A stretch of DNA of 64,000 bases from NCBI GenBank assembly GCA_963924565.1, contig OZ004613.1:13206001-13270000 (forward strand), written 5' to 3'. This DNA is from Ascidiella aspersa. Taxonomy: Eukaryota. Position numbers and translations under genes: made by a program. The notes beneath the pieces were generated by a model, which had not been told where the DNA came from, did no database searches, and saw only the letters and a program-made list of their open reading frames with translations. Shown here in pieces: positions 24,612-38,577 of this stretch; position 1 is the first letter of the stretch; each line of letters opens with the position of its first letter.

Positions 24612-26900
24612 TCTTGTGTGATGGCTTAGAAAGCGAGCGCGAAAGACTCACTTGGATTTCTATATCTAATGTTTTTGCAACTTTTACCATATAAACTCTC
24701 GATTTTTTTTTGCCTTTCCATCGAACGTTTGTTTATGTTTTACTACATTTATACCTGTTTTAAGCAAATATTTTCCACCAAAACGCACCGTGCACATACA
24801 CGGCATGGTCGGCATGTTGTACTGCATGAAATCATATACTCTAGATTAGCATTTTTTGTCAATTTAAAGTATGCCAATATAATGAGCAATATTGTGTGCT
24901 TCAAACGTAATAGTTTGGCAACTTGAAACAAATACATGCAAGTTTCTGTGCTTGCCGCTATGCACGCCATAGATAACTTCAGTTATATATTTTTACAGGA
25001 TTTCGCTTCAGAACAGCAGGTTAAAGACTTTGTGGCTTGCATGGTTGCATGTTGTTCACGTGGCTACTGTGTGTTTCTAATCGTGTGTGGTGTTGCGCTG
25101 CGTCTGTTTGATCGACGCATCAGCTAATGAACATTAAACGCTTCAACTTCTGGTTATGAAACAACTTTGTGTTGGTATTTTTAAAAAATGTTATGATCCT
25201 CTCCCCCAAAAAAATCCTGGATCCGCCCTTCTATGTCCAATTGGGCTACTTTTTATTTGTGTCAATTTTCTTTATGAAGCAAAGACTATACTATAAATGG
25301 GTTATCACAGTAATTAACTTAGCATAAGGGCCCGTTCAACCACTGGTTCGGGTACTATCGGGTACAAAGAACTTTGATCCCACTTTCAAAAATTGAAATA
25401 TCCGCTTGCCCACGGCACATATCTTTCCACAAGTGTTTATTTCAATTTGGAAAATAGTTTTGATCAGTCGTAGATATTTGGTTTGTTACAATTTTCAGAG
25501 ATTATAAAATCAACATGCTGTGTGTAAGGGCTTTTTGTCGTGCTGTAGCAAAGCTATAAATATGTATATGCCACAAATTCTTGGCTTAACACAATTAACA
25601 TGTGGTGCTGCGTTGGTTCATGGGCCATAAAAAGTGCTTCTACGCTGAGTCATCTGTAAATCGACATTTCTGAGTGTTCCACAGTTCGTGGCACAACCGG
25701 GGAGCAACAAATTCAATTTAGTGCCTCGAGCTACTTTTGTGCTGTGCCATTGGCTTCAAGCCAAACCAGATGTCTACCAGTGAAGTGTAGTTCATCTTTG
25801 CCAGTATCAGTATGTTAAATAAAGTTCAATTCAGCGCACTATATAAATTTTAGAAGTGAAGTACGGAGTAACAGTTGTTTTAAAACAGATTTAAACAAGG
25901 GTTTAAAATGGACTTCAATAGTTGTGTTTTATAAATGTAGGTCACTCTCAGTGTCGTACAATAGGATTAAAGAAAATAATCTTATTTATGTTCCTTCCTA
26001 AAACCAAAGAATTCAAAACTTCTTAAATCGTTCTATTTACCCCTAAAATCTGCATTCTTGTAAATTGGGCGGCACACTTAAAAGTCTATGATTTACAAGT
26101 TCAGCTTATATAATTTGGGTCGATAGGTACTTGCAGCATTGTCTTGCAGCATGGTCTTTGTTTATTAGTTGATTAATTGAAGGAATTAGAGAACGTCTTT
26201 GAAAATATTTCAATTTTGTTGGACAGTGATAAAATAATATAGTGTTAAAATGAAACGATTTAGTTTTATACAGCCCATACATCTCTATCTGCAGACAAAT
26301 GACCTACTGCGAGAAATGACTTAAAGCAAATACCGTTATGTCCGATTTTATAAATACCGGTATAGCCTTACGGGTTTGACCAAGTTACCATGGTCAGTCA
26401 TGTGTGTGTATGTCATACAAACGCGGCAACTAACCTAAATATTACAGTTAAGAAGACCAACACTAACCGCGTATATAATACAGAAGGAGCGGATCTCGGA
26501 TAAGTTTTCCCGGCACAAAATAATGCCATAGTATTAAATTATAGTTTACAGTATTTTTCAATGCTACAATGGTCAAGTTATTTTAACTTTTACGTAAACT
26601 TTTTACCAACTAAAATAAAAGCCCCTGGGCCAAAACACGTTGCACTGCTTTGTCTTAGATTGACAACCATTTAGCTTTTTGAAAACTGTTTGGCCAAATG
26701 GGAAGTGGTTTACTGTGGTTATCGCTAAACGTACGAATACAGCAAGGAAAAATAAATTTGCTGAAAACAATTTACATCCAACCACTAGTTTAAATGACCC
26801 TTTTATCTGATTTTTAACGCCGGAGTGCTGATTCGGGATAAAATTACTTATTTGTATATTTGTTGATGAACCAATGATAACCTTTACTATATAGTAGAGT

Positions 26901-29900
26901 ATGGAAGCCATATTGGATCTGTTTTCTGTAACAACGTGGTGCACGCTAATCGCGTGTGCCTTGGCGGCTTTGTACCTTTGGTGGAAAAGGCCCCACTCTA
27001 ATTTTCCACCCGGTGCCAGAGGACTACCCTTCCTTGGCGTTCTTCCTTACTGCAGCGACTTACCCCACGAAGACTTCAAGAAATGGAGCATGGAAAAGTA
27101 CGGCCCTATCATGTCTGTTCGATTGGGATCAAAAGACATTGTGGTGCTCAACACATACGATGCGATATATGAGGTATATTTTCGCCTAGCTATAGTAGTG
27201 TTTAGGAGGACATTTTAACTGGTCGCATACATTTACTAACAGCACGTTTTATTATTTTAAGGAGATTATAGCTCGCCTTGTTAACAAGCAAATATTAAAT
27301 TTTACAGCTGCACAAAAAATATGTTAGCCTTACCTAAATTATATACTTGATCTCCGTATTTCATACAAAATCCGTCTGAAATGAAGACCAAATACATACC
27401 ATGCATTTTCGTTTCGTGATGATGTATACCCAACAACGTGTACAATTCATGTTTAACTGCAGGCATTTGTCAAGCAGTCGAGCGAGTTTTCCGGAAGGCC
27501 GAATCTACACGTGTACACGCAAAAGACACAGGATTTGGGAGTTATGTTTGTCGACTACAGTGATACCTTTAAAAGGCAGCGACAGTTCGGAATGCAAATT
27601 CTCAAAAAGTAAGAACATGTGGTTGATTATATATCTCCGCGTGTCTTATGTACATTGATTCATTTCGTGACACAGATTTTATATGCCTGATATTACTCGC
27701 TCAAACACGTTAGCTTAATAAAGTCTCTGGTATTGGTTGAGTTCGTTCATTACTGTTTTGAATAAAGATGCTTATTTTGAATTACCACACTTCTAAACAC
27801 AAAAATATTTACTAAAAATGTTGCGTAGTTGGTTGGTAGGATGCTTCATACTAACGCTATATTTATTAGGGATTCGGAAAACCGTGGAAAATGTTAATGA
27901 TTTATCGCTCAATGTAAAACTAAAAATGTTCAAAATTTTAAATTTAGCGTACTAAAAATGGTAATTAAAACTTCAACGATTGCAGTGGTGGCTTGGAGAA
28001 AGCAAAAATGGAAAAGATTTTGCTGAGCGAATCATCGATACTTATCGAAGTGCTTCGAAAGAAAGGGAGCTCCCCATTTATTTTAAATGTTGGTGAAATG
28101 TCAACTGATATCGGAAAAACTAACACCAATGTATTATGTTATTTTTTCAATGATCTAAGAAGAAAATAAGGCCAAGCATTTGCGTATATTTTTTTATATG
28201 TACCTATTTTGTAACCAGTAATCTTAATAAAAAAATTATTTATATTAATGCGTAAAGCTCAACACAATTTCTCAGACTTTGGGGTTAACAACTTTTTGGT
28301 TTTAGATGTGACGTAAAAGTGATACCATCACATTTGGTTACTTGTTTACAGCCTGTGATATCTCTTTCGACTTCCAACATTGCATCTTTGGTGATTTTGG
28401 GAAAACGGATCGACGAAACAAATCCTCAATTTAAACGATTGTTTAAACTCTTGTATAATGTGTAGGTGCTTTTACTAAGGACTTTCAAACAGTAGCTATT
28501 GTCAAAGATAAATTGTAAACCGTTCATAAGGTTAGTTGTGAAGAATGTAACTAATTTCCTAAGGATCATATTATAAATGAAAAAATAAAAACAGGTAAGA
28601 GATTTAATGCATATAAATCCATACAAATAACAATAAATAGCAATGGGTTAGTCCAACCAATCTTCTGCTTAAACTCACTGTACTTTTATATTTTAGTAGA
28701 ATCACTATGGTTTACATTTATTTCTACTAAGCACTCATATAGTAGTTATAAATAACCCAAACATTTTGTTAAGATTTTATGAACCAAAAATGGCGTACAA
28801 AACAATGCTTCTTATTCTGTTCTGGAATCTTCGACATATTCCTTCTTTCAAGAAGGCTAACCAGCTTGTCAGTAATTATATTAGTGAAATGACGGGTAAT
28901 TTTCGTTTCTATTATTTGCTTTTTACGCCGCTGTCCTAAATGTGCCTGTTATATATATATACGTTAAAAAAAGTTTTATTTACAAGTTTTTCTGCCGACA
29001 CAAAACTTACATCGAAAAATCAACCTTCTTGGTTGATCTGTTCGTAAGAATTTGCATTTTTTTTTCGGCTATTATATATTTCGTTAGTGCGAGTTGCTAT
29101 AGGTTTTATATCTATTCTATATAGGCTTTTCGAAATCCATCCTATAGAGCAGGGTATATTTTATTTTGCGTATACTTGGGTTGCATTCTTAATTGTTTTG
29201 ACTTAGGCCTACGCTTTGTACAGAGCTATTCCAAAAGTTTATCGACGAACGGAGGCGGGACTTTGATCCGGAAAACGCAACCGACTTCTTAGGAGCTTAT
29301 ATCAAGGAACAACTTAATGGAGCGCTGGATCGAGATCCCTCTTTTTCAGTAGGTTACTTTTATTGTTTTTGCCCTATTACCAAAAAACGAACAGGCGGAA
29401 TAAACAAATGATGGTATGTTGGGCGCCTTGCAAAACACCCTATAACAACATCTGTTGGCTGCGAAACGCACAGTCAGGTAATCATTTAGAAAATAGTTAT
29501 CACACTTTCTCTAAATCAATGATCTTTCGAGGATACAGAAAAATGTCCAGATGCATTCCTTTGTTTAATTTTTCGTTTTGTTGATTATATTTTCTATACA
29601 TATTATATGTTATCGAAACTTGTGCATTTTTCCAACTTCTAGGCACCATGTTCAAGTTAAGCTAAATTTACCTAAATATGCGTAATTATCCAGGTTAAAA
29701 CATATACAAACGGATGGTCACAACAACACTAAAATTGCTACAGAAAAATACCTCACTTACATTTTACATCACTTTAACAGCACTGTTTCCAATTTACAAA
29801 AAAACAATTACATATATTGTGAGAGTATACAAATCGTTTTTCAAAAATTGAAAAGCTCTACGATTCAACTGCATATTCAGGACGACCAATTGAAAGTGTA

Positions 29901-31372
29901 TGCCCGAGATCTTTTCGTGGCCAGCACCGAGACATCTTCCACCAACCTCTGCTGGTGCCTAATCTTGCTCCTAAATCATCAGCAATATTACCAACCTATA
30001 GTTGACGAGATACTAGGCTTGTTGGGTGAGAGTGACGTTAAGTTAAGATTCAAACAATTTTGGTTTGTTAACGATGTGCTGTGTTTGGTTTGTTAAACGA
30101 ACGAATTAAATTCCCACGGCACAGATGACATATATTTTTGGCTGCATAGTTTTTTCGAAGATACCGAAGCGTATTTTGTAAAATATTATGTAGGCCCAAA
30201 TTACTTGCACAACATTTGATGGCACTGATGCTGACAAGCGATTAACAAATAACCGATTCCAGCAGCAAAAATATGTAAGTGTAGTAGAATATTAGCTAAT
30301 ATTTTTGCTACGATAAAACATATTTACTTATTCAAATTTAATTGCCCATGGATCCTGACAAGTAAAATGTTTACATGCAAATACTATAAAGTTGTGTGAA
30401 TAAACTATTTGATCGTTGCGTTGATTTTTTTCAAAGGATCCGGAGTAAAGTTTACCCTTTCGATGAAGGATGACTTGCCGCTGACATCCGCGTTTCTACA
30501 AGAGGTGCTGAGATTCCGTATTCCGGCGCCTATCTCTCATCACAAAACCAACTCCAACGTCAAATTGATGGGCTACGACATACCCGAGGGAACTCAGGTT
30601 TCCAACTATTGTTTTGCTTTGCGATAACGGTCTTAGATATATATTTATTGAAGGCAGCACAAATACTAACTTTAAGCGATTACCTTTAATGATCATTATA
30701 TACTGTAAATAGAGTAAACGATTACTACAATGGTAGAAATGTAAAACAGCAACAATAGCAACGACAAAATTACTGCAAAAAAGTAGTAAAACTTTTTATA
30801 CTTTATAAATGTAAACCTTGATCACCCTTATAAACCATGTGCAAAAAGTATTATCAAACACAAAACACAAAATCATTGAAATAAGATATAAATTGTTGAA
30901 ATAACATTCATATCATTTGGATCGGGTGGAGGACGACCGAGTTAGGGCGAGGGTTGGTTAGCTATTAGGTTTGTTGTTAGACAAATATTGTTTAATGTTA
31001 TTCCGAAGGGTTTAATTTGTATTTCGGGGGCTTGTATTTGTCCACGCTCTATAGGCCTCGTTACGTTTTTAGCTGCACTAAAATCCGATGGGTATTTTAA
31101 TGGAATTTGTATTTTTAGTGTTTTAACAAGACGGTATTAGTTTGAAATAAGACTTATTGCAACTTACATTCGTCTATTTAGGCCCTATTTCAAATAATGC
31201 TTTATTCGCTTTTCTATAGCCAATTTAGAATGTTACAAAACTGGTGTTTAAACGTCTTTAGGTCGAAGATCATTTCTTAACGAGAGCAAATTTCAACGGT
31301 ACCCTGTATTTGTGTATCCGATTGAATATCGCATTTTTAACCCGCATTGTTACTTTCCCTATCAAGGTAACT
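26901..31372 (+). pseudogene. Cytochrome P450 (CYP2 clan) copy A: exons 1-8 intact, heme-binding exon 9 absent except 6 nt
   Basis: Exons 26901-27173, 27463-27608, 27986-28088, 28352-28461, 28774-28895, 29224-29348, 29881-30025, 30437-30597, all open and the same length as in copy B. Remnant acceptor ATCAAG|GTAACT at 31366-31372; no FxxGxRxC seen before copy B. Pseudogene status is uncertain. Confidence 0.75.
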
Positions 31373-33829
31373 TGTAGAATAGTTACCTATATACTTATGA
31401 CCTACAAATCATCCGAACCAAAATTTATTTGAATAAAAATAATCCTGAACGCTGGGTGAAAAATCCATCTTAGAGCCAAAATAGATAGAACCTTGTAAGT
31501 TTAGTGAGATTGAAAATAAAGTTCGTTTTACTCACGTGTTTTTATGCTTCGCACTTCTGTTTACAATTGAGCTAAATCACTATTATTGCTCAATTAATTA
31601 AACGCACGTAGAATAAAGTGACAAAATCCAGCCATATCATTATATACTATTATCTACCATCAGAGTCGCACCTGACTACTGCTCGGCTTAATGACCAGCA
31701 ATGATGAATGACTTTGACCTTACCTAAATCCATACAAAGTGAAATGGTAGTGCGTGTTGTTTCTTTTGTTTGCACACTCGAAAAAGGGCAGAAAAAGTAT
31801 TGCAGCCTACGGAAATACACCGTAGTATAAAACGGTTAAGTGTTTATCTTATCATCGCTTTTTCTTCTGACGTCTCAATCGTATTGAGATTTGCCATGGA
31901 TAGTAATATTGAGTTATACCTCAACCTGATAAAATGTCAATTTCCATAACTGGCAGGGACATTTGCGTTACTAAATCTTCTCAAGAGAGGATACTGTGCT
32001 TTATTTGCGTTAATTGTCGTTCGACTTGTGCATGAGCTACATTAAGTTTGTTTAGTTGTGTTTCATATAGGTGTACTTTTTGCAATCTCTTTTATATCGT
32101 ACAATTAGTAAACGCGTTTGCTTCGTTTTCCATAAGTCTGTATCTTTTTTGTCGCAAGATCGCCTAATTGTTGAGCAACAGCCCGTTGATACAATGCGCC
32201 AATTTCGTTCTACTTACATGTGAGATGATCCTGGTGTGACTTTTATTCAATGCTTGCCTCTAATCGCAACTGTTTGCATTAATTGTATAGTCTGTGGTAC
32301 CTGAATGCGAAACAAATTATTTTGCGTAACAAACTTACGTCGGTAATAAACGATTATTGCCCTTTCCCCGAACATTCTTGACGTAACACAAACAATGCTT
32401 TAATTTAGCGTATTTTAGCCTTGGTTGGATCAGCTGCTGTAAATAAAAGGGGCATCACCAAAAACGACGTAGATGGATACTTCGATGACTTGTTAAAAAA
32501 ACTATCCAACATTTTGCACAAAAAAACACAAAGAACAAAACAAGTCGCGTAATAGATATAAATATATATTCCAAATATCAATATATATACATAATATATA
32601 TTAAATCGTTTACACGTGCACTCGTGGACTAAATATATAACGCTGCGTCATCACTGGCCTTTCTGTCATCGGCGCTGTGGACAACGGTTCTGACTCAGTG
32701 CCTCGAGCAACGAACGTTCATGCATGAAAGGCTACTCGCGTAAAGCCGAGCAAACGGTCAGTTGTTAGTGTGAAGTTAGTGTCAGTCGCAGTGTATTTAG
32801 TTGTTTACGAAACGGATGGTACCAGAACGCATTGCTAAAATGAACACAAGCAAGACTTGCAGAAAAAATCGCATTGCTACATTCTTGAACAAGGTTTATA
32901 AATTGTACTTGTTAAATTTGGCAGCACGGTAGCGTATGCCTTCAAAACATAAAATGAGATTTATTTACAAACCTAGTGGGCCAGATAAAAGAAAGGTACT
33001 GTTTGAATACGACTAAACTGTATAAAAGTTTATTAAATATTGTGGATTCAACTAACTTCCCAATTGTTTGTTTTATAACAATTCAACTTATAACTTATCA
33101 GGTTAACAGCTACAAACTGTGCAACATCGGCATGGTAAATGTCTCACTAATGTAGGAACCATTCTTGGGTAACTAGAAAATGTGCGATTTTATTCAGCAA
33201 ATGTTAAGAAAGAAATAAGCAGCATGGTTTAGCTCAAAGCCCTGTAGACTTTACATCGTGACAAAGCACTACGTAAGAAACGTTGTGCCGTGACAATTTA
33301 TAATGCAGCACTTCCTGTGTGACAACGTTGTAATGGTTCATATGGTGCGATAGCGTATGTCGTATACACCGACCGCAGCGGTCATAAATAAAAACATTGT
33401 TGCAAACAAAACTTTCAGCACTGGCGTCCGAATATTGAAGTGGATTAACAAGAATTTTCTCTTAACAAAATACGCCATAATTTTAGGTCATTTAACAATA
33501 GTTCAAAATTTGCACAAAGACAAGTGGTATTTATTTGCGCACTCAAAAATTTCTTGGCGTTTTTCTCATGTTGTCCTCGATTCCGTGAACGTTATCTAAC
33601 AAAACTAAGATTTCCTTTATGCCAGAATGCGTTTAAATTGCTTTATTTTGTGTTGGAGAATGTTGTGTTTTGGAAATGTTTGATGTGATTATTACATGTG
33701 ATCACATGCAATAGAAACGGCTTGTTATGATGACCACTCCAATAAGCACAGTGATGGTATAGATTTGCGCAAATGTAGTAGTGCTATACAATTTTTCTTT
33801 ATATTTGCCAACCTATCAGAGCCGGTAGT

Positions 33830-36800
33830 ATGTTAGCCATTGTTTATCTGTTTTCTGTAACAACGTGGTGCACGCTAACTGCATGTGCCTTGGCGGCTTT
33901 TTACCTCTGGTGGAAAAGGCCCCACCACAATTTCCCACCCGGTGCCAGAGGAATACCCTTCCTTGGCGTTCTTCCTTACTGCAGCGATTTTCCCCACGAA
34001 GACTTCAATAAATGGAGCATGGAAAAGTACGGTCCTATCATGTCCGTTCGATTGGGATCAAAAGACGTTGTGGTACTCAACACATATGATGCCATTTATG
34101 AGGTAGATAATTGCCCCAGTATAGGTAACGAAGTGCTTGGAATTGTTTTTATCACTCTCGTGTATCTATTATAGTTTACTTGTTTGTGGTTTTGGCGGTA
34201 GACTACAGCTTGCACCCTAGCCAATGTTGCAAGACACCTTGCTGTTTAACAATTTGTAACGTTTAAGTTTATCACGCATTAGTAAGACAAATGAGCTAAG
34301 GCTACCATACTATATGTTCTTCTTTTATACATGCTTATATTTTACTTAAATAGTTGGGTCTTCCTATTGGTAACAGCACTGTATTAGTATTGCATACCAT
34401 ATAAGTGTCGCACCTTTTCAATATAATAAAAGTGGAAATGCGACGCAATATATAAATCATAATTTGATGTACTTTTAGGCAAAACGACTGTTTGCCTAAA
34501 ATATACACCCATTTTTAAGTTGTGTGATCACCACACCTGTCATTTACACAAATCATTTAAAACATCCAGGCGTTCGTCAAACAATCCAGCGAGCTCACTG
34601 GAAGGCCAAATTTGGCTGTCTACACGCAGGTTTCACACGATTTGGGGATCATGTTTGTCGACGACAGTGATGTATACAGGAAGCAGCGTCAGTTCGGAAT
34701 GCAAATCCTCAAAAAGTGAGAACATGTGTTTTATTTAACATTTAGTTTCCGGCAATTCATGTGTACCTATAAAGCTTGTTGATTATGTTTCACTCCATGA
34801 AACCGTATTTTAGTTAGTAAAATTATGTTTATTATTAATGTACATCTTTCGCAAAATTGTTCCAAAATATATTTTTGAACTGGTATGAAATGTTTTTTTG
34901 ATTTTATTTTATATCGATCTTCTAATGGTAAAATGCTGATCGTTGCAAATGACCATTAAAATGTTGCATCAAGTGTATCTCATTAAATTTATTGAAACAA
35001 TTGCAGGGGTGGTTTGGAAAAAAACAAAATGGAAAATATTTTGCTGAGCGAATCATCCCTGCTCATCGAGGCCCTTCGTAAGAAGGGGAGTTCCCCTTTC
35101 ACTATTAATGTTAGTAAAATATACTTTGTAACAAATAATCAAACATTAGTTTTATGTAATTGAGATAGTTTCTATTCTAATTATTTTGAGCCTACAACGT
35201 TTTGACAAACTACACAACCTTCTTAAGGACATGAATTGTACGCAATAGCGTTTAGTGTAACCAATCCTGATGAGCATAAGAAGACGACCGTAATAACCAC
35301 TAAAACTTTGAAGAACCATAATTACAAAGTAACTATTTTAAATAAAAATGGGATTGGAAAAAAACAGTTTATGTAAACGTCTAGTTATGGAGATAATGTA
35401 TTTTGGTAGATTTACTAGAAAATATTGGTCTATATTTCTACTAGTTACGTTTGAAAAATGTATTTTTTCTGTACTTATGTCCCTTTGGTTGAAATAATTT
35501 TCTTTTTTTAGGTTTGTCATAAACCACCTATAAACATTTTTTATCCGCAGCCTGTTATTTCTTTATCTACCTCGAACGTCGCATCTCTTGTGATTTTGGG
35601 AAAGCGGGTCGACGAATCAAATCCTCAATTTAAACGTTTGTTCACAGTTCTGAATAGAGTGTAAGTGCTTGCTTTACGGAATACGTAGGCTTCCTAAAAT
35701 ATAACCTGTAAAATGCATTAAAATACTTCTTCAAAAGGAGAAATTTTTTTTGAAATATAATTTGAAAGACAATACAGCTAATCAACATGTATACTTGAAC
35801 ATACATTGGAGTAAAAACTAATGCATAGTCAAGAAAATAATCGAATTGTACACATTTGTACCTCACTGCAATTCCATAACAAAAACAATCTAACATAAGG
35901 TATATTTTACTCTTTTTGTTTAAACCTAACGAAAAATGTGTGTTAGATTTTATGAGCCGAAAATGGCCTACAAAACAATGCTTCTTATTCTCTTTTGGAA
36001 TCTACGTTATATTCCTCCATTTAAGAAGGCCAATCAGCTTGTCAAATCCTATCTTGGTGAACTTTCGGGTAACTTCATTTTACGTATTATATTTATTAAC
36101 CTGTTTACAAGCTATGCAACAACCTTGTCGCCTTGGAAACTTTAGTAAAACGAAACGTATTCCTCCTAGTAATAACAAAAACTTATAGTCTGCGGATTTT
36201 GTAAATACTTCGTCAAATGAACAGTGAACACTGAACCTGCTTGTTTATATTTAATGCACTTTAAAAAATCTCACATAGGACATGTTTATTTTTTATGTTT
36301 GTCTTCGATATGGTTATTCATTAAAATCTTAGCAAATGTGAATATGATTACTTTTTTGATATACCGACATGTACGTATAGTTTATCCCAGGGAGAGATTG
36401 TCAAGTGTGCGGCGAAACTATTTGTATTTTTGGAAAGGTTATTTGTATTACCAATAGGCAGAGACTTAAATACGCCTTACATATTACGAATTATTCATAT
36501 TGAGACATACATATAGTTTGTCGTGTGTTAAAGGGCGATTGTAAAAATGACTCTATTGTTGTTCTGTTAAAAGTGTACCGCGAAATATTTAAGATATTTT
36601 TAGTGTGCCGCGAGCCAAAAAGTTTGGGAGCCATTGGCTTATCCGATAGCATGCCAACATACATTAAGCACCAACATTTATTCTTTTGTACTGTGCAACA
36701 GATTTGTTTCAGGAGTTTGTTGACGAACGAAAGGAGAATTTCGACCCGGAAAATGCAACCGACTTTTTGGGAGCTTATATTAAGGAACAGCTCAACAGAA

Positions 36801-38577
36801 CGCAGGAACAAGAAACCTCTTTCTCCGTAGGTTGACTTCTGTATTTTACTAATTTTGTTATTTCAAAACAAGCAAAGGGAACAATCAGATACCTGTGTTA
36901 ATTAAATACCTGTGGTGATCAAATACCTGTGGTGATCAAATACCTGTGTTGATCCAATTCACGTGGTTATCCAATTCCTGTGGTGATCAAATACCTGTGG
37001 TGATCCAATACCTTAGGTGATCAAATATCTGTGGTAATTAAGTACCTGTGATGCAGTACTAGTTGCGATACTAGTCGTCGTTTTCATGATTGATGCGCCA
37101 TATTTAGAATAGGTTTTTGGTGAGAGACGGTTTTCAGGGGTCTCTGGCGAATTACCCCGTTTGGACAGCTCTTATAGTGACATCTTAAATAAATGAATTG
37201 TTGTCGTTTGCTTTCGTTTTTATAAAGGTTTTCCCCAATTTTTTTTCGAGTTTTCGGAAAACGGGCAAACTTATTTTTCACGACAAACAACTTTAAATCG
37301 CAAAAGAAAGCTAAAAAGACATTTCAAAGTTGTGCACAACTATATCCAAAACTTTTTGGCAACATTTCTGAAATGTGCGGTTAAACCGTAGCTAAACATT
37401 AAAAATAACTAGTTGTTCACTGCATTTTTAGGACGACCAACTGAAGGTGTACACCCGAGATCTTTTCGTGGCCAGCACAGAAACATCTTCCACTAATCTC
37501 TGCTGGTGCCTAATCTTGCTCCTAAACCATCCACAATATTACCACCCTATAGTTAAAGAGATCCTTGATGTTTTGAGTAAGTGGAGCTTTAACTTAAGTG
37601 TATTTGCATTAACTTTGGTTTGAGTTTATTTTGTGTTTAGTTTATTTTAAGCGAAACACCAGCCACCAAATACATTTCGGTTCAATAAGCTTGCATAACT
37701 ATTTTTTTCTCTGTTTCGCATAATAATGATTTGATTCAACAGGATGGATCAAATTTAAAGTACAAACAAACAATAACAATTCTGGCTTTCCAGTAAAAAA
37801 CAAAAATGTGGTACAAGAGTAACTTAAATTATTTCAAATAACCCATCGTATGATCCTAAAATGCGAAATATTTTATACATGCCTGACAACAATTTAGAGT
37901 TTAGACCGAAGTTCGAAAATAAAGATAATGGTTCGTGTAAAAGGTTAAACCTTGTCTCACATTTTTAAAAAGAACCAGGAGAAAAGTTTTCACTTTCGAT
38001 GAAGGAAGACTTGCCACTTACCTCCGCGTTTCTACAAGAGGTTCTAAGGTTTCGTATACCTGCTCCCATGTCTCACCACAAAGCCGCCTCCAACATAAAA
38101 CTGCTTGGCTACGACATACCCAAGGGAACACAGGTGTGGCAATATCCTTCTATTTATCACGTCCTTGAGCGAAAAAAACAGAAAAACTTTTTATTTTTTT
38201 AAATGGTTAAACCTATCTTGCTCTCCCCGGCCTCACATAATATTGTTGTACATTTCCACACCAAGGTAACTGCAAACTTTTACGGCGCCTGTATGGATCC
38301 CGATCTGTGGCCAAAACCTGAAGTGTTTAACCCCCACCGGCACATCGACGAACAAGGCAGGTTCGTGTTTTCACCTAAAGTAATGGTCTTCTCCGCCGGA
38401 TTTCGCTTTTGCATGGGCGAGCGCTTGGCTAGAGCCGAAGTCCTTTTTCTATTCGTGGAGATCATCAGGAACTTCCACATCGAGTCGGTGAATGGAGCGC
38501 CATCTATGGTTCCTGGCAGTAGCAATATCGTTCTTCCGCCTAGAGAGTTTCAGGTTGTGCTTACTGAGCGCAAATAG
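33830..38577 (+). CDS. Cytochrome P450 (CYP2 clan) copy B, 9 exons, ~498 aa
   Basis: Exons 33830-34102, 34570-34715, 35007-35109, 35551-35660, 35947-36068, 36702-36826, 37432-37576, 37973-38133, 38266-38577. N-terminal anchor and FPPG, I-helix DLFVASTETS, K-helix EVLR, IPKGT, heme motif FSAGFRFCMGERLA. Confidence 0.95.
36884..37052. repeat. 17-bp minisatellite (AAATACCTGTGGTGATC) x ~10 in CYP-B intron 6
   Basis: Degenerate tandem units seen directly, with no unique spacers. Confidence 0.85.

Noticed and set aside
36884-37052. Possible CRISPR-like array
   Set aside because: Contiguous 17-bp minisatellite with no spacers, in a eukaryotic intron.
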